Shown: piece by piece, positions 54,178 through 64,000 of the stretch
Layout of the letters: each line of letters opens with the position of its first letter
Position numbering within the stretch: the stretch's first letter is position 1
NCBI GenBank assembly: GCA_041645165.1
Contig: JBAZQN010000003.1
Span: forward strand, 28,198-92,197
Source: Patescibacteria group bacterium
Lineage (GTDB): Bacteria; Patescibacteriota; Patescibacteriia; 2-02-FULL-49-11
DNA: 64,000 bases
Reading direction: 5' to 3'
The notes under the pieces: generated by a model
What the model was told of the DNA's origin: nothing
The model's input: the letters and a program-made list of their open reading frames with translations, nothing else
The model's database searches: none
Made by a program: the position numbers and the translations under genes

Positions 54178-55493
54178 AATGCTTAAAATGAGAATAGTGA
54201 ATTATTAATCAGGGGTGCATCACGCCTTTATTAAGAAATGAGAGTATTTCATCAGCCGCCTTTCGGTAACCGCCGCTCGTTAAAAAAGATTGCCTTATTT
54301 TCTCAGCTGAACTCACATATGCTCCCTCATGTAACACCTTTTTTGCGGCCATCGCTAATATCTGTGGAGTTACCGCAGAACGATCAATCATGATACCCGC
54401 CCCAAGTCGCTCTACGCGGCGCGCATTTAATTCCTGCTCCAGAGTCGAAGGAATCATGACAAGAGGCGTCTGGTAATACATGCCTTCGCTCACACTATTC
54501 AATCCGCCATGGGTTATAAAGAGTTTCGCTCTTTTAAGAATCGCTTTTTGGTCAACAAACGTTTCGACTTGAAAATGAGAGGGCAGATGAGTGAAATGTG
54601 TCTGCGTAAGGCGCCCGCCCAGAGACAGTATGACATGATAATCCATGCCTTTGAATGCCTCAAAACATATTTCAAAAAAATTATCTAACCGATCAAATAA
54701 GGTGCCGAGAGAAATATAAATAATATTTTCCTTTGCCTCTCTGTTGCCTTCCTCCTGTTCCTCATCGATAGATGCCCCGATAAATTTGTATTCCTCGCCA
54801 AAGAATCGCTCAAAGGGTTGGAAATAACGCGAAGTATACACGATATTCAGCTTTTCCCTATTGTATATAATATCCTTAAATATGCTTTTGCGTACCCCAA
54901 AAGTCTTGCATAAACGGCGCGCAACATTTATATATTTCCCGAATTGGGACGCGCCTTTGAGGGTAAACTTCCAAAGATAAGGCGTTCTTAAGGTCATCCG
55001 TCCGTTCATCAAACCAATGGGGACGGAGCAAATGGCGGGGGTATTTGTCTTGAGGGCAGCTATTTTCCCTCCTAACACCATTGCATCATGAATGAGAAAA
55101 TCCGGCTTCGTCTTTTCAATATCCTCAATACCTGAAGTGATGAATTTCTCCGTATATTCTAATATCGCAAGCCAAAAATCGGTGAGTCCGCGACTCCTCA
55201 AACACTGAACCAGCTTGTCTTCGAGCGCCGAATAAAAATCATTTCCGTAGGGATAGCGTTTAAACGCTATACCATGTCCTTCTATAACCTTCCTAAATTT
55301 ATCTGTGGAGTAATATATCATTTCTACCCCTCTCCTCGTCAGCTCACGGCAGACAGGCAGGGTTGGCAAAGTATGTCCCCAAACTGGTAAACTAAAAAAT
55401 AATCCTCTCATGTATTTTATGCGACTGATCGAAAAAATATAATCCAAGCTGGCTGTACTGCGCGCCAAAATCAATGACAAAAACTTGGGACAT
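54133..55493. mobile_element. 1316-bp cassette flanked by 45-bp direct repeats of the guaA 5' end
   Basis: 54133-54177 identical to 55449-55493. Confidence 0.75.
54209..55411 (-). CDS. GT1 MGT/macrolide-type glycosyltransferase
   Basis: GHTLP, YISLGT, FITHGGLNSVSE, EQELNA. Confidence 0.9.
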   Translation of the reverse strand: MRGLFFSLPVWGHTLPTLPVCRELTRRGVEMIYYSTDKFRKVIEGHGIAFKRYPYGNDFYSALEDKLVQCLRSRGLTDFWLAILEYTEKFITSGIEDIEKTKPDFLIHDAMVLGGKIAALKTNTPAICSVPIGLMNGRMTLRTPYLWKFTLKGASQFGKYINVARRLCKTFGVRKSIFKDIIYNREKLNIVYTSRYFQPFERFFGEEYKFIGASIDEEQEEGNREAKENIIYISLGTLFDRLDNFFEICFEAFKGMDYHVILSLGGRLTQTHFTHLPSHFQVETFVDQKAILKRAKLFITHGGLNSVSEGMYYQTPLVMIPSTLEQELNARRVERLGAGIMIDRSAVTPQILAMAAKKVLHEGAYVSSAEKIRQSFLTSGGYRKAADEILSFLNKGVMHP

Positions 55494-55524
55494 GGGAAAA
55501 TAATGAAAAACTCAAAATGCATAA

Positions 55525-55635
55525 TGGTTCGACAGGCTCACCATGACATTTCTGTCACCCTGAGCTTATCGAAGGGTCACGCCGAAGGCTCACCATAACA
55601 ACCACTTTCTTGTCATCCTGAGCCCGACGAAGGAT
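55525..55635. repeat. REP-like cluster (TTCGACAGGCTCACC / GTCAYCCTGAGC..CGAAGG)
   Basis: Two GTCAYCCTGAGCnnnnCGAAGG units with inverted GCTCACCAT units. Confidence 0.7.
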
Positions 55636-55645
55636 GATTTTTGAA

Positions 55646-56659
55646 TCACGATCTTATAAAGCTCGCCTCGAACCCGTTCTCACTGCACTTGGTCAGTTCG
55701 CTTGCGGTGAAAATTTTATTTTTCTTAAGCAATTCATACTCCTGCTTTAGGTTGGTCCCGTGCATTTCAGGGCCGTCCGTGTTGATCGTGAGACGCACGT
55801 GGTGCTCTAAAAGAGTCCGGAAAATGCGGCGCATCTCTTCCACGCTCTTGATGACGCCCACATTCAGGTTGGAGGTGGGGCAGAGCTCAAGGGTAATATT
55901 TTTTTCTGCAACCATATGCATCAATCCCGTGTCCTGCCATGCGAGAAATCCATGCCCGATCCGGTGGGGGGCGATATGTTCCACAATATATTTCATCTCT
56001 TTCACAGATCCTTCCTCGCCCGTATGGATAGTGGCTCCGAAACCAAGATCTTTTGCTTCCTGAAACAAGCTCTCGTATTCCTCAATATGGAACGCAGGGC
56101 TCTGCGGCCCTGCAAGGTCAATGCCCACGATCCCCCGATGCTGGTATTTCTTTGCTTTTTCAAAAATGATGGTATTCAGCTTCTTGGGGTATTCCCGGTC
56201 AAGCATCAGGATTAATCCCGCGCGCACCGAAGGGTATTCAAAGAGCGCATTTTCCATTCCGCGGATTGCTGCAAGAATAATGTAATCAAGATCGCGCTCT
56301 CCGCCGCGATTGCGCTTCATGGGATTGAACCGGAGCTCGTGCACGACGACGTTATTCGCGCGGTACGCGCCTCCTATGGTGCCGTGCACTGCCGGCTCGA
56401 TCGCCAAAGGGGATGATTGGATGAGCTCGGTCCAGTGATATAATTGCCGATCAACCTCCAAAAAGCGATGAAACTTTCCTTTCTCCTTAATAGTGACCAT
56501 CCGTTCGAACTCCCAATAATCCTTCGTCGGCAATTTGATCCCCTGTTCGTGCGCCAAGGTCCACAAGATTGCGGCGTCCACGGCGCCGCCGAGATGAGAG
56601 TGAAGCTCGGTTAGAGGAGGACCGGCGGGATGATTAGTAATTGAAGACTCACTTTTCAT
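55646..56659 (-). CDS. Adenosine/AMP deaminase family protein
   Basis: ELHSHLGG, HTGE, RIGHG, ELCPTSN, NTD. Confidence 0.9.
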   Translation of the reverse strand: MKSESSITNHPAGPPLTELHSHLGGAVDAAILWTLAHEQGIKLPTKDYWEFERMVTIKEKGKFHRFLEVDRQLYHWTELIQSSPLAIEPAVHGTIGGAYRANNVVVHELRFNPMKRNRGGERDLDYIILAAIRGMENALFEYPSVRAGLILMLDREYPKKLNTIIFEKAKKYQHRGIVGIDLAGPQSPAFHIEEYESLFQEAKDLGFGATIHTGEEGSVKEMKYIVEHIAPHRIGHGFLAWQDTGLMHMVAEKNITLELCPTSNLNVGVIKSVEEMRRIFRTLLEHHVRLTINTDGPEMHGTNLKQEYELLKKNKIFTASELTKCSENGFEASFIRS

Positions 56660-56766
56660 AGCCTTACACTTATGATGAGTAAAAATATTTTACACGCTGA
56701 AGTTCAAAATCTCACCGCTTCAGCGGGATCCCGCATACTTTAGATAAATTAGTTCAATGTGCGGGA

Positions 56767-56866
56767 CAAAACTCAAATGCCAAATTAAATTCAAAATCAC
56801 AACGCCAAAACTTTGACATTTAGGCTTTGACATTTATTTGAACTTTGAAATTTGTCATTTGAACTT
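56767..56866. repeat. Heptamer-repeat inverted element
   Basis: CAAAACT/CAAATGC units followed by TTTGACA/TTTGAAC units. Confidence 0.7.
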
Positions 56867-56867
56867 A

Positions 56868-57941
56868 TCAATAATTTGGCGCATGCTTCGTAATAAATAC
56901 TGAATGCGGGTGGCTCTCTCTCATGCCTGCATCGGTGATGCGGATAAAGTGAGCTTTCCTCTGGAGCTCGGGAATGTTGCGCGCGCCCACATATCCCATC
57001 CCGCTTCTTAATCCTCCCACAAGCTGGGTAATTATGTCCGAAAGCGGCCCCTTGAGAGGCACCGCGCCTTCCACCCCTTCGGGTACGTATTTTTTTGACC
57101 CTTTTTGGAAATATCGATCAGCGCTTTGCCCCACGTTCATGGCTCCCAAACTTCCCATACCGCGATAGGTTTTGTACGCCACGCCTTCGATGATCACTTT
57201 TTTCCCCGGCGCTTCATCCGTACCGGCAAACAGGCTCCCCAGCATGACAGCGGACGCGCCCGCGGCAAGCGCTTTCACAATATCGCCGGAGTGCCGGATG
57301 CCCCCGTCCGCGATCACGGGAATCCCTTTTTGTTTCGCGACCCGCGCCACTTCCATGATCGCGGTCAATTGCGGCACGCCTACACCAGCGACGATCCGCG
57401 TCGTGCAAATGGAACCAGGCCCTACACCCACCTTGAAGCCGTCGGCCACGCCTAAAAATGCGCGCGCCGCTTCTGCGGTTGCCATATTGCCCACAATGAG
57501 CTTTGCCTTTATTTTTTTCTTTAATGCTTTGGCAGCGGCAACGGAAGATGGCTTGTGGATATGCGCGGAATCAAATACTATCACGTCCACGCCCGCCTTA
57601 TCAAGCGCAAGGGCCCTCTCTCTATCGCCTGGCCCTACGGCAGCGGCAACCTTATTTTTGATTTTTGATTTTTGATTTTTGATTTCGTGAATCATCTTTA
57701 CCTGCTCTTCCACGGTGCAATTGCGATGCAATACCCCCATCCCCCCCGCTTCACCTAAGGCTGCGGCGAAACGGGCGTCGGTCACGGTGTCCATTGCCGC
57801 AGAGAGCAAAGGAAGGATAAGCGGCAATCCTTTGGCCGCATATGACGAAATATCAGCCTCGCGCGGGCTGATGGCAGATTCTTGCGGAATCAGGAGAACA
57901 TCGTCAAAAGTAAGACCAAACGGAGTCTTTGAGGTTTCCAT
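56868..57941 (-). CDS. guaB: IMP dehydrogenase lacking CBS subdomain
   Basis: [41 protein letters not shown]. Confidence 0.95.
   Translation of the reverse strand: METSKTPFGLTFDDVLLIPQESAISPREADISSYAAKGLPLILPLLSAAMDTVTDARFAAALGEAGGMGVLHRNCTVEEQVKMIHEIKNQKSKIKNKVAAAVGPGDRERALALDKAGVDVIVFDSAHIHKPSSVAAAKALKKKIKAKLIVGNMATAEAARAFLGVADGFKVGVGPGSICTTRIVAGVGVPQLTAIMEVARVAKQKGIPVIADGGIRHSGDIVKALAAGASAVMLGSLFAGTDEAPGKKVIIEGVAYKTYRGMGSLGAMNVGQSADRYFQKGSKKYVPEGVEGAVPLKGPLSDIITQLVGGLRSGMGYVGARNIPELQRKAHFIRITDAGMRESHPHSVFITKHAPNY
57654..57685. repeat. (ATTTTTG)4 tandem repeat inside guaB
   Basis: Four perfect heptamers plus ATTT; encodes [10 protein letters not shown]. Confidence 0.9.
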
Positions 57942-58048
57942 AGAGGAATCTTAGCAAACCTTTGGGAAATTTCAAAATTCACAGGTCTCCAATGGACTGC
58001 CGTACAGTTTCAAGAATCCGTACGACCGAATCATGCGGCGAAAACCAT

Positions 58049-60484
58049 TTACTCCTTCGGTTTAAGTTTCGCAAGATGCTTTTGGAGTATCGCCTGCATG
58101 GCTTCAGGGAATTCGTTCACGCTCTTCGGAATAATGCTGTCTTTACCGAAATGGTACTGCACCATCCCCGCCACCTCTGGTTCAGGCGTGATCGCCGTCC
58201 CTTCGAGAGGAGTAAACTTACGCGCTTCATCGGCCGCTTGCTTAGTCGACGCTTCCTGCGTGGTGCTATCGGTAATAAATATCATCAAAGATCCAATCCG
58301 ATCGACTTCTGCGCGTTTTCTCTGCAATATCTTCTTTAATCGCGGCACCGCCACTTCTATAGCCTCAGCATCCCGATTATCCCCGCCGAATCCTGACTTT
58401 TGACTATCCAACATCATGACGATGCGTGACTTGACCCTCCCATCGTATGGCTCATTGGCTGCCTTGATAATATACCTTTCATCGTGAGTTAAATTCTTAT
58501 CGTCGCTCGCCAGGATCTCAATATAGACATTATAGTCTTTTGCCGCTTCGCATGTTGCAATGCATGACTTAACCGCGTTCACGATGCGTTGTTGATCATT
58601 ACTATACATCGATCCGCTCACGTCAACAAGAATTTGCAACACCATTGCCGTTTCCTCAGGCGTTTCCCGGCGCCCCATGGGTTTCTCGGTGCCGGTGCCG
58701 ATGCGCTGAACGTACCGTCTCACGTCAAAACGGATTCCTCTTCTGCTCCATTCGTATTCCAGTTCATCCACCTTTGGGACAAATCTTTTAAAGATTCGCT
58801 TGAGTCTCTGGGTCGCGGAATTTACTTCGAGCCGGAGTTCATTGTATTTTTCGCGCAGGACGGGATCGTTAAAGTTATCTCTGCTTTTTTGTAACTCATG
58901 TTTTTCTTGCTCCCGCTCCGCTTGTGTTTCTTTATTTTGCTCTGCACGCTCTTTTGCTTCTCTAGCCCTCTGCTCCAGCCGCTGGTTATGCTGTTCAATC
59001 ATCTTCTTCAGAATCTTTTGGAAATGTATAGGCCAGGAAGATGGATCGTGAGGGTCGAGATTGGGATCTTCTTCGGGCTTGGTGCCGCCTTCGGAAGGTT
59101 GGCCTCTCTTGCCTTGTTGCTGTTGCTTACCGCCTTTCGCTTGACCTTGCTCTGATGGTTTACCTTCCTGCTCTCCACTCTCATCTTGATCTCTCCGATC
59201 TTGTTCACCTTCTCCGCCAGTCTTACTTGTATCATCTTTGCTACCTTGAGCACTAGCACCATCTTTCTCATCGGGAAATCCATTCCCATCTTTCGATTCA
59301 TCAGCACTTTGTGATCCTTCTTTCGATTCATCGCCTCCATCTTGTGCAGTATCTTTTTCATCACCACTATCTTTGCCGCTTCCTTGATCGTCTTTACCAT
59401 CATCTTTTTTACCATCGCTTCGATCTGCTTCCTCATCTTCTCCATTAGCTTCTTTACCACTTTGCTTACTCCGTTGATCCACGCCTTCCGTACTCTGAGA
59501 TTGATCCTCTCCCGGCTCGCCGTCCTCTCCTTCACCATCGCCTCCTCCTGACCCTTGTTGTTTCTGCTCTCTACTCTTATCAGGAAATTCATCAATGAGC
59601 CTTTTGAGCGCAGGCCAAATATGCTCAACAATGAGCTTCTCTATCTCGGGGTTTACCTTCATCGCTGGTTTTACTGCGTCACCAGTAATTTGAGCGACAA
59701 TTTGTTCAATTTTTAGATACTCCTCCCTTACCCGCGGATGGAGGTCGTCTAGACCCCACGGCTTCTCGACTCCTTTTACTTCTTTTTCATGCAACGCCCA
59801 AAGTCGCTCTAGCTTGATCATGAATTTGAACTGATCGGTGGGAGACATCTTCGCCACTCCACCCGCTTCTCCGTCAATGTTTTCCATCTCTTTACCGTGT
59901 ATCCCTTCAACGATATCGGGGATGATCATCTTGCTATTTTTTTCAAATAACTGCAAACGAGCATTCTCATGAAGAGGTCCCCCAACGAGGCGCTCCATGC
60001 GAGGATCTTCAAGACAATTGTTTAGTTCGAGAATCTCCTGCGGATCGTACCCTTCCTGCCGCGCGAGCGACTCGAATCGTTTCAAGCGGCCGTAGTCAGT
60101 CCATTCCGTATGACCTTTTTCATGGCGAATCTCTCCCAATAAAAAGTTAAGGGGAGCATCGCCGGCGATGAATCCAAACGGCGCGCCAATGATGTATTGC
60201 TTGCGTACCGGATCGTCGACGATCTCGCCTTCCAAGGTCACTCTCTTGGCAGGTACTTGAGCGCAGAAAAAGGTGTCGAGTTCGGGATCGGTGTAAATCT
60301 CGATTGCACGGTCTGGCGACTGGGAAGCGTGCTCAAGCGTGGCGAGGACATACGCCATGCGTTCAGGATTCGGCCGCGCGGCATTCTCTTGAAGCCGCTG
60401 CATGAAAGCTTGGTAACCCTCAATCATCGGGTGCTTCCCTGTCTCTGCGGGTTTATAAAAATCAAAATCTTCGTGCTTAATCAT
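58049..60484 (-). CDS. vWA-domain protein with HExxH N-terminus and acidic low-complexity linker (CobT/MoxR-partner-like)
   Basis: HEKGH, N..ED.R.E, D/E/G-rich linker, DVSGSM MIDAS, ITD. Confidence 0.8.
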   Translation of the reverse strand: MIKHEDFDFYKPAETGKHPMIEGYQAFMQRLQENAARPNPERMAYVLATLEHASQSPDRAIEIYTDPELDTFFCAQVPAKRVTLEGEIVDDPVRKQYIIGAPFGFIAGDAPLNFLLGEIRHEKGHTEWTDYGRLKRFESLARQEGYDPQEILELNNCLEDPRMERLVGGPLHENARLQLFEKNSKMIIPDIVEGIHGKEMENIDGEAGGVAKMSPTDQFKFMIKLERLWALHEKEVKGVEKPWGLDDLHPRVREEYLKIEQIVAQITGDAVKPAMKVNPEIEKLIVEHIWPALKRLIDEFPDKSREQKQQGSGGGDGEGEDGEPGEDQSQSTEGVDQRSKQSGKEANGEDEEADRSDGKKDDGKDDQGSGKDSGDEKDTAQDGGDESKEGSQSADESKDGNGFPDEKDGASAQGSKDDTSKTGGEGEQDRRDQDESGEQEGKPSEQGQAKGGKQQQQGKRGQPSEGGTKPEEDPNLDPHDPSSWPIHFQKILKKMIEQHNQRLEQRAREAKERAEQNKETQAEREQEKHELQKSRDNFNDPVLREKYNELRLEVNSATQRLKRIFKRFVPKVDELEYEWSRRGIRFDVRRYVQRIGTGTEKPMGRRETPEETAMVLQILVDVSGSMYSNDQQRIVNAVKSCIATCEAAKDYNVYIEILASDDKNLTHDERYIIKAANEPYDGRVKSRIVMMLDSQKSGFGGDNRDAEAIEVAVPRLKKILQRKRAEVDRIGSLMIFITDSTTQEASTKQAADEARKFTPLEGTAITPEPEVAGMVQYHFGKDSIIPKSVNEFPEAMQAILQKHLAKLKPKE

Positions 60485-60486
60485 AC

Positions 60487-61467
60487 TTAATCATTACGAT
60501 GTTTTTGCCTCCACTGCGGTTTATATTGATCAATGATCAGATCGACAGATTGTGGAACATCTAACCTAAAAGTAAATTGTGCCAAGATTTTCGCTGTCTC
60601 CATGTCAACCGCTTGAAGGCCGTTAAGCATTATCTTGTTTTCATGTTTGACCAACTCTTTCGCTATATCAGAATCAAGAGCGGTCAAACCATTCAATTCA
60701 AGTGGGCCTCGAACCCTCGCAAGCGCCTTTGCAGTAGCAACTGAAAGCGTAGTAAGATTATTCAATTTGAGCCAATCAGTAGTATAGGCAGGTGACGGAT
60801 AGCTTGGAGGGACGAAAAGGCAATCCGCTACTTCCGACGATATTTCTTTTATGCCTAAAGTCTTAGATGGAATCTTCGCTAAACATGTTGCAACCTTAGG
60901 AGTAAGCGACTTCATTCCATTCAAGGAAATGGAGACGCTACTCTTACCTAATATTTCTGCTATTTCGACTGGAAGATTGTTTAATCCATCCAATTCTATA
61001 CGGAGACGGCGAACAGATGATAATTCCTGAGCCGTTTTATACGATATCGACTTAAGGCTGTTTAACCACACCGTAATGCCTTCAATGGGGCTGTTTGCTT
61101 GTTTGATTAAAATGATTCGTCTCAGGATATTAGGAGGACAAAATGTTAATCTGTAGGTATTATCAACGTTGCCGTCTTCAATCTCGTGCCAAATCTTAAC
61201 ATCTTCCTCGATCAAAGACGAGAGATTATCTATTAAACACTCCTCGCCTTCAACATCAATGGTGAGTCCATTGATTGATTCCTCAAGATTATGAACTTGC
61301 CCCACGGTAACCGGCCTGTCATTCTCAACAGTGGCCACGAGTTCTTTTGCGTGATTCACTACATCGTCCAATTCCGGTGTTCTCGCAATTTCCAGATTCA
61401 AGTATACCGATTGCTCACTTTCACGATCCAGCTTTACTTCAAACATGTTTTCACTTTTCTCAGACAT
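60487..61467 (-). CDS. LRR-like repeat protein
   Basis: Repeated L.LNGL..l...A..L units. Confidence 0.75.
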   Translation of the reverse strand: MSEKSENMFEVKLDRESEQSVYLNLEIARTPELDDVVNHAKELVATVENDRPVTVGQVHNLEESINGLTIDVEGEECLIDNLSSLIEEDVKIWHEIEDGNVDNTYRLTFCPPNILRRIILIKQANSPIEGITVWLNSLKSISYKTAQELSSVRRLRIELDGLNNLPVEIAEILGKSSVSISLNGMKSLTPKVATCLAKIPSKTLGIKEISSEVADCLFVPPSYPSPAYTTDWLKLNNLTTLSVATAKALARVRGPLELNGLTALDSDIAKELVKHENKIMLNGLQAVDMETAKILAQFTFRLDVPQSVDLIIDQYKPQWRQKHRND

Positions 61468-61486
61468 AATGGAGTTGAATGCATGT

Positions 61487-62569
61487 TTACGATTTTCCGA
61501 CTGCTGCCTTCTCGGATTTTTCTTTATACGCACAAATCCTTCTATCTACATCCACTGAGAATCCATATTTTTGTACCTTCTCCCACGGAGCGCTTGCCAA
61601 AATCGGTATCGCTTCGGGAGATACTTTCACGCAAATCAAGTCAAAAACACCAGGATTATCGAATGATATCAATTCCTTTGCCGCTGCGGGAGAAAGCTCA
61701 AAATCAAGATTGCTAAAATTTATAGATCGATCTGCCAACTTCCATTTTCCTTTGAATGCCCGTATAACCTCTGGGGTAGGTTCGAGTTGCTCAAAATAAT
61801 ATTTCCCATGATTTTTCGCCAACTCCTCAAGCGCCCCCGATTCAAAAGACTGCAGACCATGTAATGAAAATTTGTCATGCGAAGAAGCCCCTCTTCGCCC
61901 AAAAGCTTCTGCAGCCTCGACCGTAATTGATGTAATGCCATGTAAATCTATTTCACTGCCATACCTGGTCGTTAACAACGCACGCGCTATCTCTGGTGAT
62001 AATTCAGAAAGCCCATTCAATTCGACCTGGCGGCCAGTTTGACTGAGCGCCTGCGCAGTCTCTGGAGAAACATGATGGATATTGTTAAAATTAAGCCTTA
62101 CTCCATGAGCGTCAGCTAATGCTTTTGCTGTCCCTGATGAGAGCCATCGTAAGCTCTTGAAATTCCATGTTTTAATATCGTCAAAATGGTGTTCCTTAGT
62201 ATACTCAGCCAATATCCGCGCATACCTCTCGGGCAACATGGTGAGCGCTTGTATTGATTCGCGGTTAAGCACACGACCGTAATTCTTCGAAAAATCCTCC
62301 ATGGCTTCCCAAATCGGATGATTTCTCTCAATTTCGTCCTTTAGATCAGCAATCGGCACTCCTTCGATAGTTAGCTGTCCGATGGAATCATTGAGAGTCT
62401 GGAATTCGCCAGCAGCTATTGGCTGATCCTTCAACATTACTTCCTTCAAGGTCGTCAAATTTTTTAGTACTGAACCCAATGCAACATCGGGGGCAATTTC
62501 CAAGGAAGTGACTGATTTGGTCTCATGCATCTCCACTGCATCGTACACTTGTTCATTTAGCTCCGACAT
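61487..62569 (-). CDS. LRR-like repeat protein
   Basis: LNGLSELSPEIARAL, LHGITSITVEAAEAF. Confidence 0.75.
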   Translation of the reverse strand: MSELNEQVYDAVEMHETKSVTSLEIAPDVALGSVLKNLTTLKEVMLKDQPIAAGEFQTLNDSIGQLTIEGVPIADLKDEIERNHPIWEAMEDFSKNYGRVLNRESIQALTMLPERYARILAEYTKEHHFDDIKTWNFKSLRWLSSGTAKALADAHGVRLNFNNIHHVSPETAQALSQTGRQVELNGLSELSPEIARALLTTRYGSEIDLHGITSITVEAAEAFGRRGASSHDKFSLHGLQSFESGALEELAKNHGKYYFEQLEPTPEVIRAFKGKWKLADRSINFSNLDFELSPAAAKELISFDNPGVFDLICVKVSPEAIPILASAPWEKVQKYGFSVDVDRRICAYKEKSEKAAVGKS

Positions 62570-62585
62570 AGTACAAGAACTTAAT

Positions 62586-62708
62586 TTATTGTGCCTCCCC
62601 CGACACCGCCTCAACTTTCGCTTCGTTGAATGAGCTTGACCGAAGAAGAGAATCCTCACGCTCGTGAGGATGCACTTCCTGATGTGATATTTCGTTCACT
62701 TCTAGCAT
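62586..62708 (-). pseudogene. Possible truncated paralog N-terminus (40 aa)
   Basis: MLEVNEISHQEVHPHERED shares PHERE with the N-terminus of 62739-63554. Confidence 0.4.
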
Positions 62709-62738
62709 AATTTATTCGCTCGAAACTTTGTCTCATCC

Positions 62739-63554
62739 CTAGCCAAAGTGACAAAAGCGCTGGTGTTCCGGAACGCTTGTTAAAATTTGTTTCACCTCAT
62801 CGTTGAGCTGCGAGAATAATGTTTCTGGAAAATAGACCCCTCCATGCCGATCATGAGGTTGTGATACGAACTCCATCGCCGCTTCCGCAGAGATATCAGT
62901 CACCCCGAAGAGTCTCACGCCAGTCGTGCTTTTCGTGAGTGCTCTTGCCAACTCAGGTGAAATACTTGTCAAACCATTCAGAAAAATTACTCCCCTGTTG
63001 CGCTTGACCAGGATTTCTACGACTTCAGGCTTTATTGAAGTGATGCTGTCGAGTTTAATGGCGCCTTCATGAAAGTGAAAAGCAGACGCTGCTCCCTCAT
63101 CCAAAGAAGTAAGGCCGGACAGATCAATGTCCTCGCTATACATACCATGATTATCGTTGAGGTAGAAAACTGTACTACGGTCAATAAAAGTCAACTTTTT
63201 CGAGAGTTTATCAACTTCAAATCCACCCGATCTTAACGCTCCGTCCTGTTTAATCTTTTGTTTGAACATTTGCAACGTCTGGACAGTATCCTTGAACCCC
63301 TTAATCTTTAGCAATTCACTAAAGGTCGCTCCCTGCCCGTCTCCTCTATCCAAGAGTAGTAAAGATACCAGATGCTCTAGCCTTGCCATTTGTCCTTCCG
63401 TCACGGCCTGATTAGTATCTACTCGCGCGGCTAAACCTTGAATATGAGAAAGTGCCTCCTGGAAATGGGGCGTCTGCATTATTTCCACCCGCGCCAGCTC
63501 TTCGGTCTCACGTTCATGAGGACTCGATTCTTCTATTGTGTTCAAGTGCTCCAT
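62739..63554 (-). CDS. LRR-like repeat protein
   Basis: LSGLTSLDEGAA, LNGLTSISPELARAL. Confidence 0.75.
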   Translation of the reverse strand: MEHLNTIEESSPHERETEELARVEIMQTPHFQEALSHIQGLAARVDTNQAVTEGQMARLEHLVSLLLLDRGDGQGATFSELLKIKGFKDTVQTLQMFKQKIKQDGALRSGGFEVDKLSKKLTFIDRSTVFYLNDNHGMYSEDIDLSGLTSLDEGAASAFHFHEGAIKLDSITSIKPEVVEILVKRNRGVIFLNGLTSISPELARALTKSTTGVRLFGVTDISAEAAMEFVSQPHDRHGGVYFPETLFSQLNDEVKQILTSVPEHQRFCHFG

Positions 63555-63576
63555 AAAATTTAGAGAAGGGGAACAC

Positions 63577-63999
63577 TTACTTAGACGGTGCTACAAGCGT
63601 ATCGTCAATGAGTTGTTCAAGAGATATGAGTACCGTATCGAGTCCTTCGATCGGATTTTTTCGGTAATCATCCATCACTCGCAGCCATGCGATGCGCACA
63701 TCCCGGGTTTTCCTATACTCACGTACCACCGCAATCGTGTCGCGCCGGCTGACGCCGATGAGATCGAATCGCTGGCGTTTCTCATAACCCTTCCGCCAGC
63801 TGTCCGCAATGCGCAGAATATCCCGCAGATCGATCAATATTTTTTTGATATGTTCAGCGGAGGGAGGCGTTTCAATGAGCTTCTTTAATTTAGGATTCGT
63901 TTCGATCTCGGTGATTCTCGACCCTTGAGTATCTTCATTCACGAAATAGTCCCACAGGAGGGCAAATTCCTGATCGTTAATGCCGGTGAATTCATTCAG
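63577..63999 (-). CDS. C-terminal part of a protein running off the window (possibly AAA+ lid)
   Basis: Frame open to window edge; GVSRRDTI vaguely sensor-2-like; vWA gene downstream. Confidence 0.5.
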   Translation of the reverse strand: MNEFTGINDQEFALLWDYFVNEDTQGSRITEIETNPKLKKLIETPPSAEHIKKILIDLRDILRIADSWRKGYEKRQRFDLIGVSRRDTIAVVREYRKTRDVRIAWLRVMDDYRKNPIEGLDTVLISLEQLIDDTLVAPSK

Positions 64000-64000
64000 T

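Noticed and set aside
55412-55522. ORF-track extension of the glycosyltransferase
   Set aside because: Reads the guaA duplicate out of frame; GT homology begins at 55411
59008-59631. 207-aa K/M-rich alternate-frame ORF
   Set aside because: Shadow of the low-complexity acidic linker of the vWA gene
1-64000. CRISPR array, DGR, intron, integrase or transposase
   Set aside because: No regularly spaced repeats, cas, reverse transcriptase or recombinase motifs recognised

Overview
Bacterial chromosomal window; most genes are on the minus strand. Short AT-rich gene starts mostly without Shine-Dalgarno motifs, many mini-palindromes and the gene content suggest a Patescibacteria/CPR-like genome (inference, not verified). 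1-16.4 kb holds a full shikimate/Phe operon (aroF-pheA-CM-aroB-aroQ-aroA-aroK-aroE-aroC) and a full trpEGDCFBA operon, separated by a VapBC pair. Each operon has an unannotated leader-peptide attenuator: a WW leader for trp and an unusual YFWFFF leader for aro. A divergent isonitrile-synthase-like gene with a (CT)7 promoter spacer faces the trp operon. Several families of structured palindromic repeats fill most operon junctions. One copy sits in-frame inside PheA, and others supply the termini of TrpB, AroE and AroQ. The middle holds msrA/msrB (msrB frameshifted), type II glutamine synthetase, metal-homeostasis genes and GH130-like enzymes. An 18.5-kb region bounded by 55-bp direct repeats at tRNA-Asn carries recQ, translin, NYN, a type III R-M system and a lipase/membrane-protein cassette. 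The right part holds rpoD, dnaG, guaA, a glycosyltransferase flanked by a 45-bp duplication of the guaA 5' end, an adenosine deaminase, guaB, a vWA protein and three paralogous LRR-like proteins. All product calls come from motif recognition by eye; no searches were run.
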